This document shows, one piece after another, positions 24,753 to 34,381 of a stretch of 54,770 nt of DNA. Both the position numbers and the translations under genes were made by a program. Position 1 is the first letter of the stretch. Each line of letters opens with the position of its first letter. The notes under the pieces were generated by a model that ran no database searches, was not told the origin of the DNA, and worked only from the letters and a program-made list of their open reading frames with translations. The stretch comes from a virus (lineage: Duplodnaviria; Caudoviricetes): IMG/VR virus record IMGVR_UViG_3300021411_000001, positions 1 to 54,770 of that record, one strand, 5' to 3'.

Positions 24753-26050
24753 GCGCGCACGCGAGGCTGAGTGCCTCGGAGTCCCACCGGTGGATGCACT
24801 GCGCAGGAAGTGTGCGAAAGTGCAGGGGTATCAAGCGCAAGTCCAGCCCATCGGCGACCAAGGGCACGGCGGTCCATGCCCTGGGTGCCATGCTCCTTGA
24901 GAAGAGCCCCAAGATTGCTGCGCGACTGAAGGAATCCAAGACGCTGGTCGGTTGGGTGTTCGACTTCTTCGACGGTGCAGTTCGTAAGAAGGAAACTGTT
25001 ACGCAGGACATGCTTGATGCGGTACATGTCTACGTCAACGATATCGAGAGGATAATCCGCGAGAATCCGCAGGCAATCCTGCACATTGAGCGCAAAGTGT
25101 CGCTTGAGCACGTAAGGCCCAACATGTTCGGGACTGCGGATGGGGTCATCGATGATGTCCTCGAGCTGACCGTCGCGGACTACAAGAACGGGGTCACACC
25201 GGTCATCCTGGTCGAGGAAGGCTATGATCCAGAAAGACCGGACCTCGGCAAGCTCAACTCCCAGTTGTTGTTCTATGGGGCAGGAGCAGCTCACGAGTTC
25301 AAGTGGGAGCACACGCACGTGACGCTGAAGATCCACCAGCCTAATTGTCGCGAAGTCCCGTCGATCCAAGAGGTAACGATAGACGCGAGGCTGCTAAGGG
25401 ACTGGATGAACGGGCCACTGCGCCTCGCAGCACTCGCGACCGAGGATCCGAACGCCCCGTTGACTGCAGGCCCTTGGTGTACCTGGTGCCCCGCAGCCGG
25501 CGACTGCGAGGCATTCACCAACAAGGCGGTGGCTATAGCGAAGGCAGACTTCAAGGGGATCAAAGAGGACGAGGGCGAGCTGCCTGTGCCTCCTGACCCT
25601 ACGAGCTTGACCAACATGCAGCTGGCGAAAGTCCTCAAATGGACGCCGGTCCTTGAGAAGTTCCTTAAGGCATGCAATGCGCGGGCCTTTGAGCTGCTCA
25701 CACAACGGCGCGGCGACGGGCTGGGCCAGAAGCTGGTGCGCAAGCGTGCGAATCGGGTGTTCCCTGCATTGGTGACCCCCGAGGATCTCGCGAACAAACT
25801 GAATGACGCAGGCGCAGGGAACATCGACCCCAAAGACTTGCTAACTGAGCCGGAACTTAAGTCCCCTGCGCAAGTCGAGTTACTACTCGTAGGTAGTAAA
25901 GCGGCAAGGAAGAAGATCGTGGATGCAGTGGCGTACAAGCCCGACGGCGGCTTGACCATGGCATCGCTCGCAGACAAGCGCCCAGAAGAGGTCCCCACGA
26001 CAGAGGATCTGCGGAATATCGAAGAAGAAGAAATGGAGGAAATGGAATGA
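24749..26050 (+). CDS. Cas4-like PD-(D/E)xK exonuclease (DUF2800-like)
   Basis: HARLSAS..RWMHCAGS, GTAVH, FGTAD, DYKNG, QLLFY, GPWCTWCPA..C. Confidence 0.88.
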   Translation: MSAHARLSASESHRWMHCAGSVRKCRGIKRKSSPSATKGTAVHALGAMLLEKSPKIAARLKESKTLVGWVFDFFDGAVRKKETVTQDMLDAVHVYVNDIERIIRENPQAILHIERKVSLEHVRPNMFGTADGVIDDVLELTVADYKNGVTPVILVEEGYDPERPDLGKLNSQLLFYGAGAAHEFKWEHTHVTLKIHQPNCREVPSIQEVTIDARLLRDWMNGPLRLAALATEDPNAPLTAGPWCTWCPAAGDCEAFTNKAVAIAKADFKGIKEDEGELPVPPDPTSLTNMQLAKVLKWTPVLEKFLKACNARAFELLTQRRGDGLGQKLVRKRANRVFPALVTPEDLANKLNDAGAGNIDPKDLLTEPELKSPAQVELLLVGSKAARKKIVDAVAYKPDGGLTMASLADKRPEEVPTTEDLRNIEEEEMEEME

Positions 26051-26469
26051 TTCCAATAGGGACGACTTTTACTTTCAACCAGGACAACAAGATCTACTTG
26101 TGTGGCAGGTTCTCCAAGCGCTTCGAGTTCCGCTTAGTTCGCGAGGTGCTGAAGGAGCGTGGGTACGAGGTCACCTCGTCCTGGATCGACCAGCCGGACT
26201 CCACGGATCCAGGGAGCTTTGCCACCTTTCAGGCTGTAGCTCGGCGCGACCTGGACGACTTGGATAAATGCGACATCGTGCTGGTGGATCCGGAGCCCTC
26301 GACAAAGGGGTCCATGTTCTTCGAGATGGGGTACGGCTTCGCCAACAAGAAGCGGATCGTCATTGTGGGGGAAAGCCCAATGCTCTTCTCATCGCTCGCG
26401 CACAAGCACTACCCACTTGGATGGACTTACCTCCTCTTCGCTCACCTCAAGAACGGTGGGAGGATCTGA
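26047..26469 (+). CDS. Nucleoside 2-deoxyribosyltransferase / nucleotide N-hydrolase-fold protein
   Basis: KIYLCG, VTSSWI, RDLDDLDKCD, GSMFFEMGYG. Confidence 0.7.
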   Translation: MIPIGTTFTFNQDNKIYLCGRFSKRFEFRLVREVLKERGYEVTSSWIDQPDSTDPGSFATFQAVARRDLDDLDKCDIVLVDPEPSTKGSMFFEMGYGFANKKRIVIVGESPMLFSSLAHKHYPLGWTYLLFAHLKNGGRI

Positions 26470-26660
26470 TGCGCCGCGATGCAGTGAAGTCCCGGCCGAC
26501 ACTGTGCCTGAGGGGCTGCCATACGCACCAGGTTATGCACCAGCGCGACGGGGTTCATGGCCGCGAGTTCTACTGTCTGGTATGTGACGCGAGCTACCCG
26601 GTGAAGTTCTGGAAGATACTGCCACAGAAGCTTGGATGGGAGAAGCGTGCGGGTACTTGA
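26469..26660 (+). CDS. Small Zn-ribbon-like protein
   Basis: MRRDAVK start (TGATG) after GGGAGG; CLRGC...CLVC. Confidence 0.5.
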   Translation: MRRDAVKSRPTLCLRGCHTHQVMHQRDGVHGREFYCLVCDASYPVKFWKILPQKLGWEKRAGT

Positions 26661-26934
26661 GGGAGGGGTCTCGCTGATAATGTCGGCCGAATGCCTGGCC
26701 AACATGCGGCAGGACCCTTCCCAGTATATCCCGCCGCTCGTATGGCACGGCTGCTGCGGCTCGTACGTAGAGCGGCGGCCAATGATGTTCACGCCGTACA
26801 GGTTTATGTACCCCGAAGTCGGGGTCGACACGTGGCTGATGATGACTACGCCATGCAAGTTCTGCGGGCAGGTCGTGTGGTACGAACTAAGGAGTATACA
26901 AAATGATAAGGAACCAGTTCAAAGGAATGGTTAG
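26632..26934 (+). CDS. Small Cys-containing hypothetical protein (start uncertain)
   Basis: HGCC...CKFC; fills the operon. Confidence 0.45.
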   Translation: MDGRSVRVLEGGVSLIMSAECLANMRQDPSQYIPPLVWHGCCGSYVERRPMMFTPYRFMYPEVGVDTWLMMTTPCKFCGQVVWYELRSIQNDKEPVQRNG

Positions 26935-27292
26935 ATATTTCGACGGCAACCTCCGCAAAGTAAAGACAAGGCTCAAGGTACTTAACCCTGCGGACTATGA
27001 CATGGGGCGCCGCCGGATGCTTGAGGAGGTAGTGCCTATCGAAATTACCGCTAGCGAAGCAGAAGTCGACTTCAAGATCATGAAGGCACTGCACAAGCTT
27101 AGCGAAGAGGTCAAGCTGTACTCCGGCCTTGACAAGGAGCTTGAAGTGTACATTCTACCGTCTTCTCCGAACAATGGATATATAGAGACCTTCGGGGGAT
27201 GGTCGATCCGATTCTGTCCGATCTACGACCTAATGACTATGACAAGCGCGCTTGTCATATCTGTCTGCATCAAGGTACTCAAGCCAGAATAA
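26903..27292 (+). CDS. Hypothetical protein
   Basis: AAGGAG RBS; fills the operon. Confidence 0.55.
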   Translation: MIRNQFKGMVRYFDGNLRKVKTRLKVLNPADYDMGRRRMLEEVVPIEITASEAEVDFKIMKALHKLSEEVKLYSGLDKELEVYILPSSPNNGYIETFGGWSIRFCPIYDLMTMTSALVISVCIKVLKPE

Positions 27293-27372
27293 TGCCGGGA
27301 TTCGGACGGAAGGCTCTTGGATAAAATAGGAACAGCCCTCCGGGGCACACTGATTGAAGGAGATTGTTACTT

Positions 27373-27963
27373 ATGGCTACTGAAAAGAAACGGACTGTTG
27401 TCACCCCGATTTTCCGAGTCTCATACTGCTTCGCATTCTCTCCCCAGAAGATGATGAAGGGCAAGCCCATCCCTGAAGAGAAGCAGAAGCACAGTGTGAC
27501 CGCCATCTTCGACCCGAAGAAGTTCACCGATGCCGACAAGGAACGCTGGAAGGACGTGCAGGCACTGGCCGACGAGACTGCCATGGCCGCATTCGGCAAG
27601 ACCATCGCGAAGCTCCCCAAGAACTACAAGACACCGTTCCACGATGCAGAGGAAAAGGAAAACACCCCAGGCTTCGAGCCGGGCATGATCTACATCAACC
27701 TCACAACCAAGTTCAAGCCCGAAATTGTCGGACCAGATGGTGAGACACCCATCACCAGCCCAGACGAGTTCTTCTCCGGCTGCTACGCTCGGGCAAGCAT
27801 CAATGCTTACTCGTTCAATATCGAGAGCAACGGCGTGGCGCTTGGCCTGTCATCGCTCAAGAAAATCAAGACTGGACCGCGACTGGATGGCAAGGCCAGC
27901 GCGAAGGCGGCATTCAAGGACCTCGGCGCAGAAGGGGAAGACGAGGACGACGACCTCACGTAG
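27373..27963 (+). CDS. ssb: Single-stranded DNA-binding protein (DUF2815 / T7 gp2.5-like)
   Basis: FRVSY, KPEIVG, FFSGCYARASIN.Y, NGVALGL, acidic C-terminal tail EDEDDDLT. Confidence 0.85.
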   Translation: MATEKKRTVVTPIFRVSYCFAFSPQKMMKGKPIPEEKQKHSVTAIFDPKKFTDADKERWKDVQALADETAMAAFGKTIAKLPKNYKTPFHDAEEKENTPGFEPGMIYINLTTKFKPEIVGPDGETPITSPDEFFSGCYARASINAYSFNIESNGVALGLSSLKKIKTGPRLDGKASAKAAFKDLGAEGEDEDDDLT

Positions 27964-28048
27964 CGCCATCGACCTTAGGTGCCGGACCCCTCCCGTAGTG
28001 CCATCTAGCGCGCTAAGTCGGCCTGGGAGGAGGCGAGGCCCCTAAGTT

Positions 28049-28139
28049 TGCCACGTAGCTTAATAGGAGAGCAGCGAACGCACCCGGACAGGCTGGCCGG
28101 GTAGATCGCAAGATGCGGGTTCAAGTCCCGCCGTGGCCT
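28049..28139 (+). ncRNA. tRNA-like RNA with an enlarged, non-canonical anticodon arm
   Basis: Acceptor GCCACG/CGTGGC, U8-A9, D arm GCTT-AATAGGA-GAGC, T arm GCGGG-TTCAAGT-CCCGC; anticodon loop replaced by 28 nt containing an ACCCGG/CCGGGT stem; no encoded CCA. Confidence 0.7.
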
Positions 28140-28141
28140 TC

Positions 28142-28219
28142 GCGGAGGCGGCAGCACGAGGATGGGCAAAAACGCCCTGGCTCTCGTGAGCCTTATGATT
28201 CCACGCTAGCCGCCTCCGC
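28142..28219 (+). ncRNA. Structured non-coding element following the tRNA-like RNA
   Basis: 11-bp closing stem GCGGAGGCGGC/GCCGCCTCCGC enclosing CACGAG/CTCGTG and GGGC-AAAAAC-GCCC. Confidence 0.45.
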
Positions 28220-28257
28220 AGTTCCCAAGGGCCTGCGGGCCCGGAAAGGCCCGAGTC

Positions 28258-28725
28258 ATGACACAATTCGTTGTCGAGAACGCCTCCCTTATCATCATCG
28301 GCATAATTTGCTTGGTCTACTGCATCGCCTGCAGCCGTACAGTCAGGGGCAAGCCCTCCTCAGAAATCGAGCAGCTGACCGCTGCGAATTTCTCCGGCGA
28401 TCCAGATGACAGCCTCTTCTACCAGAACAAAGCGCTCAACACTGAATGCAACAACCTCATGGCCAAGAACAAGGATCTAAGAGCCCAGCTCAGACGGGCC
28501 TTAGAGGTCGTTAACGACCAGCCTCCTATCCTGACAGAGAAGCAATCCAATATCATTTTCCAGGAGAATGGCCGGCTGCGTGACCGCATCGAGGAGTTGG
28601 AGCAGGAATTGTCGGCCGATCAGACCCGGCGCAGGATCGCGTACCATGAGTTCCGGCGGATGGAGAAGGAGATCGCACAGCTCCGCATCGACCTTGACAA
28701 GGCACGCGATGGGATCCGCGCATGA
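28258..28725 (+). CDS. N-terminal TM + coiled-coil protein
   Basis: SLIIIGIICLVYCIAC followed by a heptad-rich region. Confidence 0.6.
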   Translation: MTQFVVENASLIIIGIICLVYCIACSRTVRGKPSSEIEQLTAANFSGDPDDSLFYQNKALNTECNNLMAKNKDLRAQLRRALEVVNDQPPILTEKQSNIIFQENGRLRDRIEELEQELSADQTRRRIAYHEFRRMEKEIAQLRIDLDKARDGIRA

Positions 28726-28988
28726 GACATCATCTGGAGGTATTCGAGAGCCAGTTGGTGGTGCTTGACGGCAACGAGTTCGAGGACTGTATGTTCAGGG
28801 ACTGCACGTTCCTGCTGACAGGCACCAAGCCGATCAAGATCTCCAAGTGCTCGCTTGACGAATGCTTCTTCCAGTTCGGTGGTCCTGCACTCAACACTGT
28901 CAACTTCTTCCGCGAGTTCCGACAGGCCGCTGGCCCCGAGGCCTACGAGAACCTTATTAAGCAAATGCTGGAAGGGTTCAGAAGATGA
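28722..28988 (+). CDS. Hypothetical protein (short beta-helix-like repeats)
   Basis: LDGNEFEDCMFRDCTF...CSLDECFF; ATGA coupling. Confidence 0.6.
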   Translation: MRHHLEVFESQLVVLDGNEFEDCMFRDCTFLLTGTKPIKISKCSLDECFFQFGGPALNTVNFFREFRQAAGPEAYENLIKQMLEGFRR

Positions 28989-29446
28989 CAAGAGAAGAGC
29001 ATAGCAGACTAAATCGCCTATGGTACCAAGCACAAAAAACTTCAAACCCAATATACTATCAACAACGCTTGCAGAAATCAAGAGAATATTGTCGAGTTAA
29101 CGCAAAGAGACTATTAGAAGGCAAAGCTAAATGGGCTTTAAAAAATCCAGCACGTAAGCTTTTAATAACAATAAAACGAACTGCTAAAGTTCGAGAGTTT
29201 AAATTCAATCTTACTCGAGAATGGCTTGAATTAAAATTTAAGTCTCAGAATAATCGGTGCTCTATTACTAAAATTAAATTCCAGCAAATAGGAAAACGAA
29301 ATCCTTTTCAACCTTCTATTGATAGAATTGACTGCTCTAAAGGATACATACAAAGTAACTGTCAACTTGTCTGCTTAATCTATAATTATGCTAAAGGAAC
29401 TTGGTCTCATAAAGACGTTATAAAGTTTGCTCGGAGTTTTAAATGA
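28985..29446 (+). mobile_element. Free-standing HNH-type homing-endonuclease-like gene, AT-rich
   Basis: CSIT...PSIDRIDCSKGYIQSNCQLVC..N.AK; markedly lower GC than its flanks; abuts the polymerase start. Confidence 0.7.
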
Positions 29447-31524
29447 AACTTTATTGTGATTTCGAGACAAGATCGACAGCAAAGTTGAAGCTCATCGGCG
29501 CATGGAAATACAGCTTAGACCCATCAACAGAAGTTTTATGCCTTTCTTGGAGATGTACTAACGGAGAAAAAGGTTTTTGGCATTGTGAGCACCCTGGGAT
29601 ATTCGCTGCAACCCCATTGCCAACTAGGCTCTTCGAGCTGATGGCCGACCCGACTTGTACCATAGAGGCACACAACTCCTTCTTCGAATTGGCGATCTGG
29701 ACTAACATCTGTGTGCCTAAGATGGGATGGCCTGCAATACGGCCAGACGCCTGGAGGTGCTCTGCTGCGAAGGCTGCGGCTTGCTCGCTGCCCCGCGACC
29801 TCGAAGGGGCTGGCAATGCACTCTCCCTGCAGACAGTGAAGAGCGACGAGGGGCACCGCATCATGCTCAAGCTCTGCAAGCCAGCGAAGGCCACCAAGAA
29901 GTTCCCTAACAGGAAATGGCATGAGGATTCCGACGATCTCATGGCCTTGTGGGATTACTGCGAGACGGATACTGCGGCTGAAGAAGCTTTGTCTGATGCC
30001 CTGCCGAACCTCTCCAAGTACGAGCAACGGATCTGGGAGATGGATCAGCGCATGAATGCCCGCGGCATCTTTATTGATGTTGAGGGCGTAAGAAAGGCTA
30101 TCAAGCTAGCGGAGCAGTGCGTTGCCAAGCTCAATGAGGAATTGCATTTCCTAACAGGTCTCGATACTGCGGGGCAGCGCGAGAAGATAACCGCATGGGT
30201 GCGTGAACAAGGGGTAGACCTATTCGATACCCAGGCTGAGACCCTCGACCGCATGGTCAAGCGTGACGACCTGCCACGCAATGTCCACAGGGTCCTACAG
30301 ATCGTGCGGAGCGCCGGCAGGTCGAGCGTGAAGAAGTACACTGCGATGCTCGAGATGGCCACAGAGGACTGCCGGGCACGCGGCACGATGATGTACCATG
30401 GAGCTGGCACCGGCAGGTGGACCGGCAAGGGCTTGCAGCCACACAACTTCCCGCGCGGCGGACTGAAGAACATGGAAGGAGCGTGGAGAGCCATCCATAA
30501 CTGGTCGCTCGAGGACATCGAGATGGTGTACGGCGACGCGATGGAGTTCCTCTCCCATGCGCTGAGAGGAGCGATCATCGCCCCGCCGGACCGGGAGCTG
30601 TTCTGCGGAGACTACGCATCGATCGAGGCGAGAGTCTTGTTCTGGCTAGCCGGCGAGATACGTGGAACGGAAGTTTTCCGCAGGAAAGGGGACATCTACT
30701 GTATCATGGCCTCCGACATCTATGACCGGCCCATCACCAAGAAGGATGTGCTCGAACGGATGTTTGGCAAGCAGGCGATCCTCGGCCTCGGTTTCGGCAT
30801 GGGCTTCGTGAAGTTCCTGGTTACCTGCAGGAAGTACAACATCAAGTTTACTGACAGACAAGTCCTTGACATCGTGGGCATCGAACGGTATGCGGAGATC
30901 GCCGAATGGATCCAGACTGACGGTTGGAAATGGGTGAAGCAGTCCACCACCCCAATGACGACTGACGACGTACCCTCGCTGGTCCTCATGAAGTACGTAG
31001 TCGAGCGCTACCGCGAGCGCTATGACACAGTGCCGAAGTATTGGAAGCAGCTCGAGAGGGCCGCGATCTCTGCAGTACAGAATCCTGGTGTAGTGTTCAC
31101 AGCAGGCAAGACAAAGTGGGCGAAGCAAGGCGTCTTCCTCAAGTGCCAACTGCCATCCGGCAGAAAGCTGTTCTACCCGTTCCCCGAAGTCGAGATGACT
31201 GGCTGGGGACCGAAACTCTCGTATATGGGAGTTCATCCGAAGACGCACCAATGGGTCCGCCAGGATACGTACGGTGGATCGCTCTGCGAGAACGTCGTGC
31301 AGGCGACGGCACGCGACATCATGGCCCATGCGATGCTGCTCTGCGATGAGGGCGGGAAGTTCTCGATCGAGATGTCAGTGCATGACGAGATTGTGGCCGA
31401 TGCGCCGATCGGGCTGTACACTATAGACGAGTTCTTGGAGCTCATCATCACTTTACCCGACTGGGCGGAGGGATGTCCGGTCGATGCTGAAGGGTGGAAA
31501 GGTCCGAGGTACATGAAGCAATGA
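29443..31524 (+). CDS. polA: DNA polymerase, family A
   Basis: Exo DFET/AHN..FE/YCETD, TGRW, motif A DYASIEARVL, motif B RMFGKQAILGLGFG, ENVVQATARD, motif C VHDE. Confidence 0.95.
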   Translation: MKLYCDFETRSTAKLKLIGAWKYSLDPSTEVLCLSWRCTNGEKGFWHCEHPGIFAATPLPTRLFELMADPTCTIEAHNSFFELAIWTNICVPKMGWPAIRPDAWRCSAAKAAACSLPRDLEGAGNALSLQTVKSDEGHRIMLKLCKPAKATKKFPNRKWHEDSDDLMALWDYCETDTAAEEALSDALPNLSKYEQRIWEMDQRMNARGIFIDVEGVRKAIKLAEQCVAKLNEELHFLTGLDTAGQREKITAWVREQGVDLFDTQAETLDRMVKRDDLPRNVHRVLQIVRSAGRSSVKKYTAMLEMATEDCRARGTMMYHGAGTGRWTGKGLQPHNFPRGGLKNMEGAWRAIHNWSLEDIEMVYGDAMEFLSHALRGAIIAPPDRELFCGDYASIEARVLFWLAGEIRGTEVFRRKGDIYCIMASDIYDRPITKKDVLERMFGKQAILGLGFGMGFVKFLVTCRKYNIKFTDRQVLDIVGIERYAEIAEWIQTDGWKWVKQSTTPMTTDDVPSLVLMKYVVERYRERYDTVPKYWKQLERAAISAVQNPGVVFTAGKTKWAKQGVFLKCQLPSGRKLFYPFPEVEMTGWGPKLSYMGVHPKTHQWVRQDTYGGSLCENVVQATARDIMAHAMLLCDEGGKFSIEMSVHDEIVADAPIGLYTIDEFLELIITLPDWAEGCPVDAEGWKGPRYMKQ

Positions 31525-32963
31525 AGACGACACCTTACCGGCACCAGAAGAAAGAATTCGATGAGCACTATGCCGACCAAGCCCGAGCTCTGCTGTGGCA
31601 GATGCGCACCGGAAAGACGAAGGTTGTTATCGACACTGCATGTGCACTGCACGAGGCTATGGAGATCGACGGGGCGCTGGTCATAGCACCGAATGGTGTG
31701 CACGTCAACTGGGTGAGCCGCGAAATCCCTGCCCATAGCTGGGACGGCACTCCGCAGCATTCCTTCGCTTGGAGGTTCAGTGACCCAGATAACCGACTTA
31801 AGTTCATCGCCTTCCTCAAGAAGATGGCACAATGCCCTGGGCACTTGGCCTGGATGACAGTCAACATGGAGTCGTTGATAAGGGACGAAGTGCGCGAGGC
31901 GATTCTCATCTTCCGCAAAGCCATCAACAATAGGTTCCTGGTTACTTATGACGAAAGCCACCACTTTGGACACCCAGGTGCAAAGCGCACGTCATTCGCC
32001 CGTGGCCTAGCGCTGCACGCTGCCTATCGCAGGATACTGTCCGGCACTGCCGTGGAGAACTCTCCGCTGCACGCCTTCAGCCAATATGAACTCCTCAAGA
32101 AGCAAGCCCTAGGATACAGGACATATGACGGTTTCATGCACCGATATGCGGAATTCGAGATGCGGTGGGCCGGCTCGCGGCAGTTCAAGGCGATCGCACG
32201 GTACGTCAACACTGACGAGCTGCGGAGTCGGATGGCACAGTACTCGAGCGTCGTATTGAGAAGCGACTGCGAGGACCTTCCATCCCTACAGGAAGTCGTG
32301 CGCACCATTGACCTCTCACCGAAGCAAGCTGCGATGTGGAGGTCACTCAAGAAGAAGGAGCTGCTCGCGCTCGAGGAGATGGGCTTCGTCTCGCCGCTGC
32401 AGGCGAGTACAGTCATCACCAAGCTCCAACAGGTTGAAGGGGGCTTCCTGAAGATCGGCAAGGAGATCCAGAAGATAGAGGGTGTGAACCCCAAGATGGA
32501 AGCCCTGGTCGAGGAAGTCGAGATGTCCGATTCACCTGTCCTAGTATGGTGCCAGTTCGTGCATGAGATCAAGGCAGTCGAGGAGCGGATCCGCAAGGAA
32601 CGTTATAGCTGTGCCACGTACTATGGTGGCGTTCCCGAGCGCGAGCGAGATGACATACGTGCCAAGTTCCGTCGGGGCGACTTGAAGGTCCTTATAGGCC
32701 AGGCACAGGCCGCTGGCGAAGGGCATGACTTCAGCGCTGCTGATCTGATCGTCTGGTACAGCCAAACCCCAGATGCACGGGTGAGGAGCCAGGCCAGCGA
32801 GCGGGCGACGGCTGTCGGCAAGAAGGGGGTACAGGTCGTGCACCTTATGTCCGAGACCGGGGCGGACGCGCGGTGGATGGGTCTTACCGAGGGGAAGTTC
32901 AAGATGGCAGACTATATGACTCGTGGCGGGATGAAGGAATTGCTTGAGAGCATGGACGTATAG
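31521..32963 (+). CDS. SNF2-like SF2 helicase
   Basis: PYRHQ, MRTGKT, YDESH, LSGT, QASER. Confidence 0.9.
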   Translation: MKTTPYRHQKKEFDEHYADQARALLWQMRTGKTKVVIDTACALHEAMEIDGALVIAPNGVHVNWVSREIPAHSWDGTPQHSFAWRFSDPDNRLKFIAFLKKMAQCPGHLAWMTVNMESLIRDEVREAILIFRKAINNRFLVTYDESHHFGHPGAKRTSFARGLALHAAYRRILSGTAVENSPLHAFSQYELLKKQALGYRTYDGFMHRYAEFEMRWAGSRQFKAIARYVNTDELRSRMAQYSSVVLRSDCEDLPSLQEVVRTIDLSPKQAAMWRSLKKKELLALEEMGFVSPLQASTVITKLQQVEGGFLKIGKEIQKIEGVNPKMEALVEEVEMSDSPVLVWCQFVHEIKAVEERIRKERYSCATYYGGVPERERDDIRAKFRRGDLKVLIGQAQAAGEGHDFSAADLIVWYSQTPDARVRSQASERATAVGKKGVQVVHLMSETGADARWMGLTEGKFKMADYMTRGGMKELLESMDV

Positions 32964-32967
32964 CTGG

Positions 32968-32997
32968 CGTACGGATAAGACGCCATGGCGGTACGAT
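32968..32997 (+). promoter_or_regulatory. Putative promoter with CGCCATGGCG palindrome in the spacer
   Basis: CGTACG-N18-TACGAT upstream of GAGG-ATG at 33018. Confidence 0.4.
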
Positions 32998-33017
32998 AGG
33001 CTTTAGAGGACAGAAGA

Positions 33018-33290
33018 ATGCCATATCTTACAAAGGCCTTAAAGGACGTTCTGGACGACAAGACTGTCAAGCCGAACGTTCCCGGGTCGTTGAACTACGC
33101 CATCACGAAGGTGGTGATCGAGTACATTGAGGAAGTCGGGCTGAGCTATACTTCCATCAACGATGTTATGGGCGCTATCGAGTCCGCTAAACTGGAGTTC
33201 TACCGGCGGGTAGCCGTTCCGTATGAGGATCTGAAAATTGGACAAAACGGAGACGTCTATCCAAGGGAGTTCAAGCCATGGAGTCCCTGA
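33018..33290 (+). CDS. Conserved phage helical protein
   Basis: MPY...GSLNYAIT...AKLEFYRR..PYEDLKI..NGDVY motif, which I recall from phage nucleotide-metabolism regions. Confidence 0.7.
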   Translation: MPYLTKALKDVLDDKTVKPNVPGSLNYAITKVVIEYIEEVGLSYTSINDVMGAIESAKLEFYRRVAVPYEDLKIGQNGDVYPREFKPWSP

Positions 33291-33425
33291 GAACTGGAAG
33301 CCTTCTACAACAGGAGAGTATGCTCAACATTGTGCAGCAGATCGATTCTTTCATGCTCGACAAGCAGCACAACATTTAGCGGCTAAATGGTTTGCTGAAC
33401 TTCAGCGGAATATCAAGGAGGAATA

Positions 33426-34379
33426 ATGGTTAAGGACTTTTGGGAGTTCGTCTATGAGCGCCAGCAGATGTGGCTGCGCAGAGAGGCAGGAGTGCCGCGT
33501 GAGGAATGGACGACTGACCCCACACTAAAGACACAGTTCTTCACCAATGTGTTCAGGGAACTCGACCCAGGTACTGACGTCGCACTTGAGATCATGTCTG
33601 AACCGGACAGACCAAAATGGGAGCGGTTGTGGAACTTGGTGTTGTACAGGCGCATCAATCGTGAGGACACTTGGCGCAAGTACATAAGATACATTAAAAA
33701 CCCGCGTCCAGTCGATCTGCTGGTTATACTTGACAACCTAAAGGAGGAGCGAAAGAAACGCGTTTCGATCTTCACCGATGCACACCAAATCTCGCCACTC
33801 GCAAACATCAAGGGGGCGGACCTGCTCGAGCGGGTCTTCCAATGCGCAAAGGACTTCCTGCGAGATGTTGGTCTTGCCGAATTGGACTTGTCCGATGCCC
33901 GCAACATCCAGGAGTTCTTCACACTGTCATCAAGTGTGCTCGGCCCAGGTATCGGTTCTTTCCTCGGCTGGCAGCTGTCGATGGACATGCGGTATGGCCC
34001 TGATCCTATCAACTGCTTCTCTGATGATGAGTGGGCGCCCATCACCCATGGTGCTAAGACTGGTCTCACACTGATGATGAACTGGCCAGTCGTTGGTGTC
34101 GTATCCGGTCAACTTCCAACTGCGGACCTTAAGGCGAAGTTCCCAGGCATCCCAGTCTTCAAGTCCGCATCCAAGTACGATCTCGAGATCGAGGCCCGGC
34201 GGATGAGGGACTCGCAGGACGATGAGTTCGAGGAGAGACTGCTGAACTTCGCCGATGTCGCAGCGCCGGGCTACGAGCGGCTGACTATGGCTGCGATCGA
34301 GCACTCACTTTGCGAGTGGCAGAAGTATGTCGGCTTCTCACGTGGACTGCTTGGGGGTGGACGTGGCTACAAGAAATAA
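33426..34379 (+). CDS. 5-hmdU DNA kinase-like (aGPT-Pplase1 helical domain) base-modification protein
   Basis: FVYERQQMW..R..G...WTTDPTL..FFTNVFRELD, GIGSFLGWQLSMD, IEHSLCEWQKY. Confidence 0.8.
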   Translation: MVKDFWEFVYERQQMWLRREAGVPREEWTTDPTLKTQFFTNVFRELDPGTDVALEIMSEPDRPKWERLWNLVLYRRINREDTWRKYIRYIKNPRPVDLLVILDNLKEERKKRVSIFTDAHQISPLANIKGADLLERVFQCAKDFLRDVGLAELDLSDARNIQEFFTLSSSVLGPGIGSFLGWQLSMDMRYGPDPINCFSDDEWAPITHGAKTGLTLMMNWPVVGVVSGQLPTADLKAKFPGIPVFKSASKYDLEIEARRMRDSQDDEFEERLLNFADVAAPGYERLTMAAIEHSLCEWQKYVGFSRGLLGGGRGYKK

Positions 34380-34381
34380 AG

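Noticed and set aside
24749-26050. Cas4-like gene as evidence of a CRISPR system
   Set aside because: Normal component of PolA/SSB phage replication modules; no repeat-spacer array or other cas genes seen
28258-28725. i-spanin or lipoprotein (TM + coiled coil, CIAC)
   Set aside because: It lies in the replication arm, lacks a basic n-region, and no overlapping o-spanin was found
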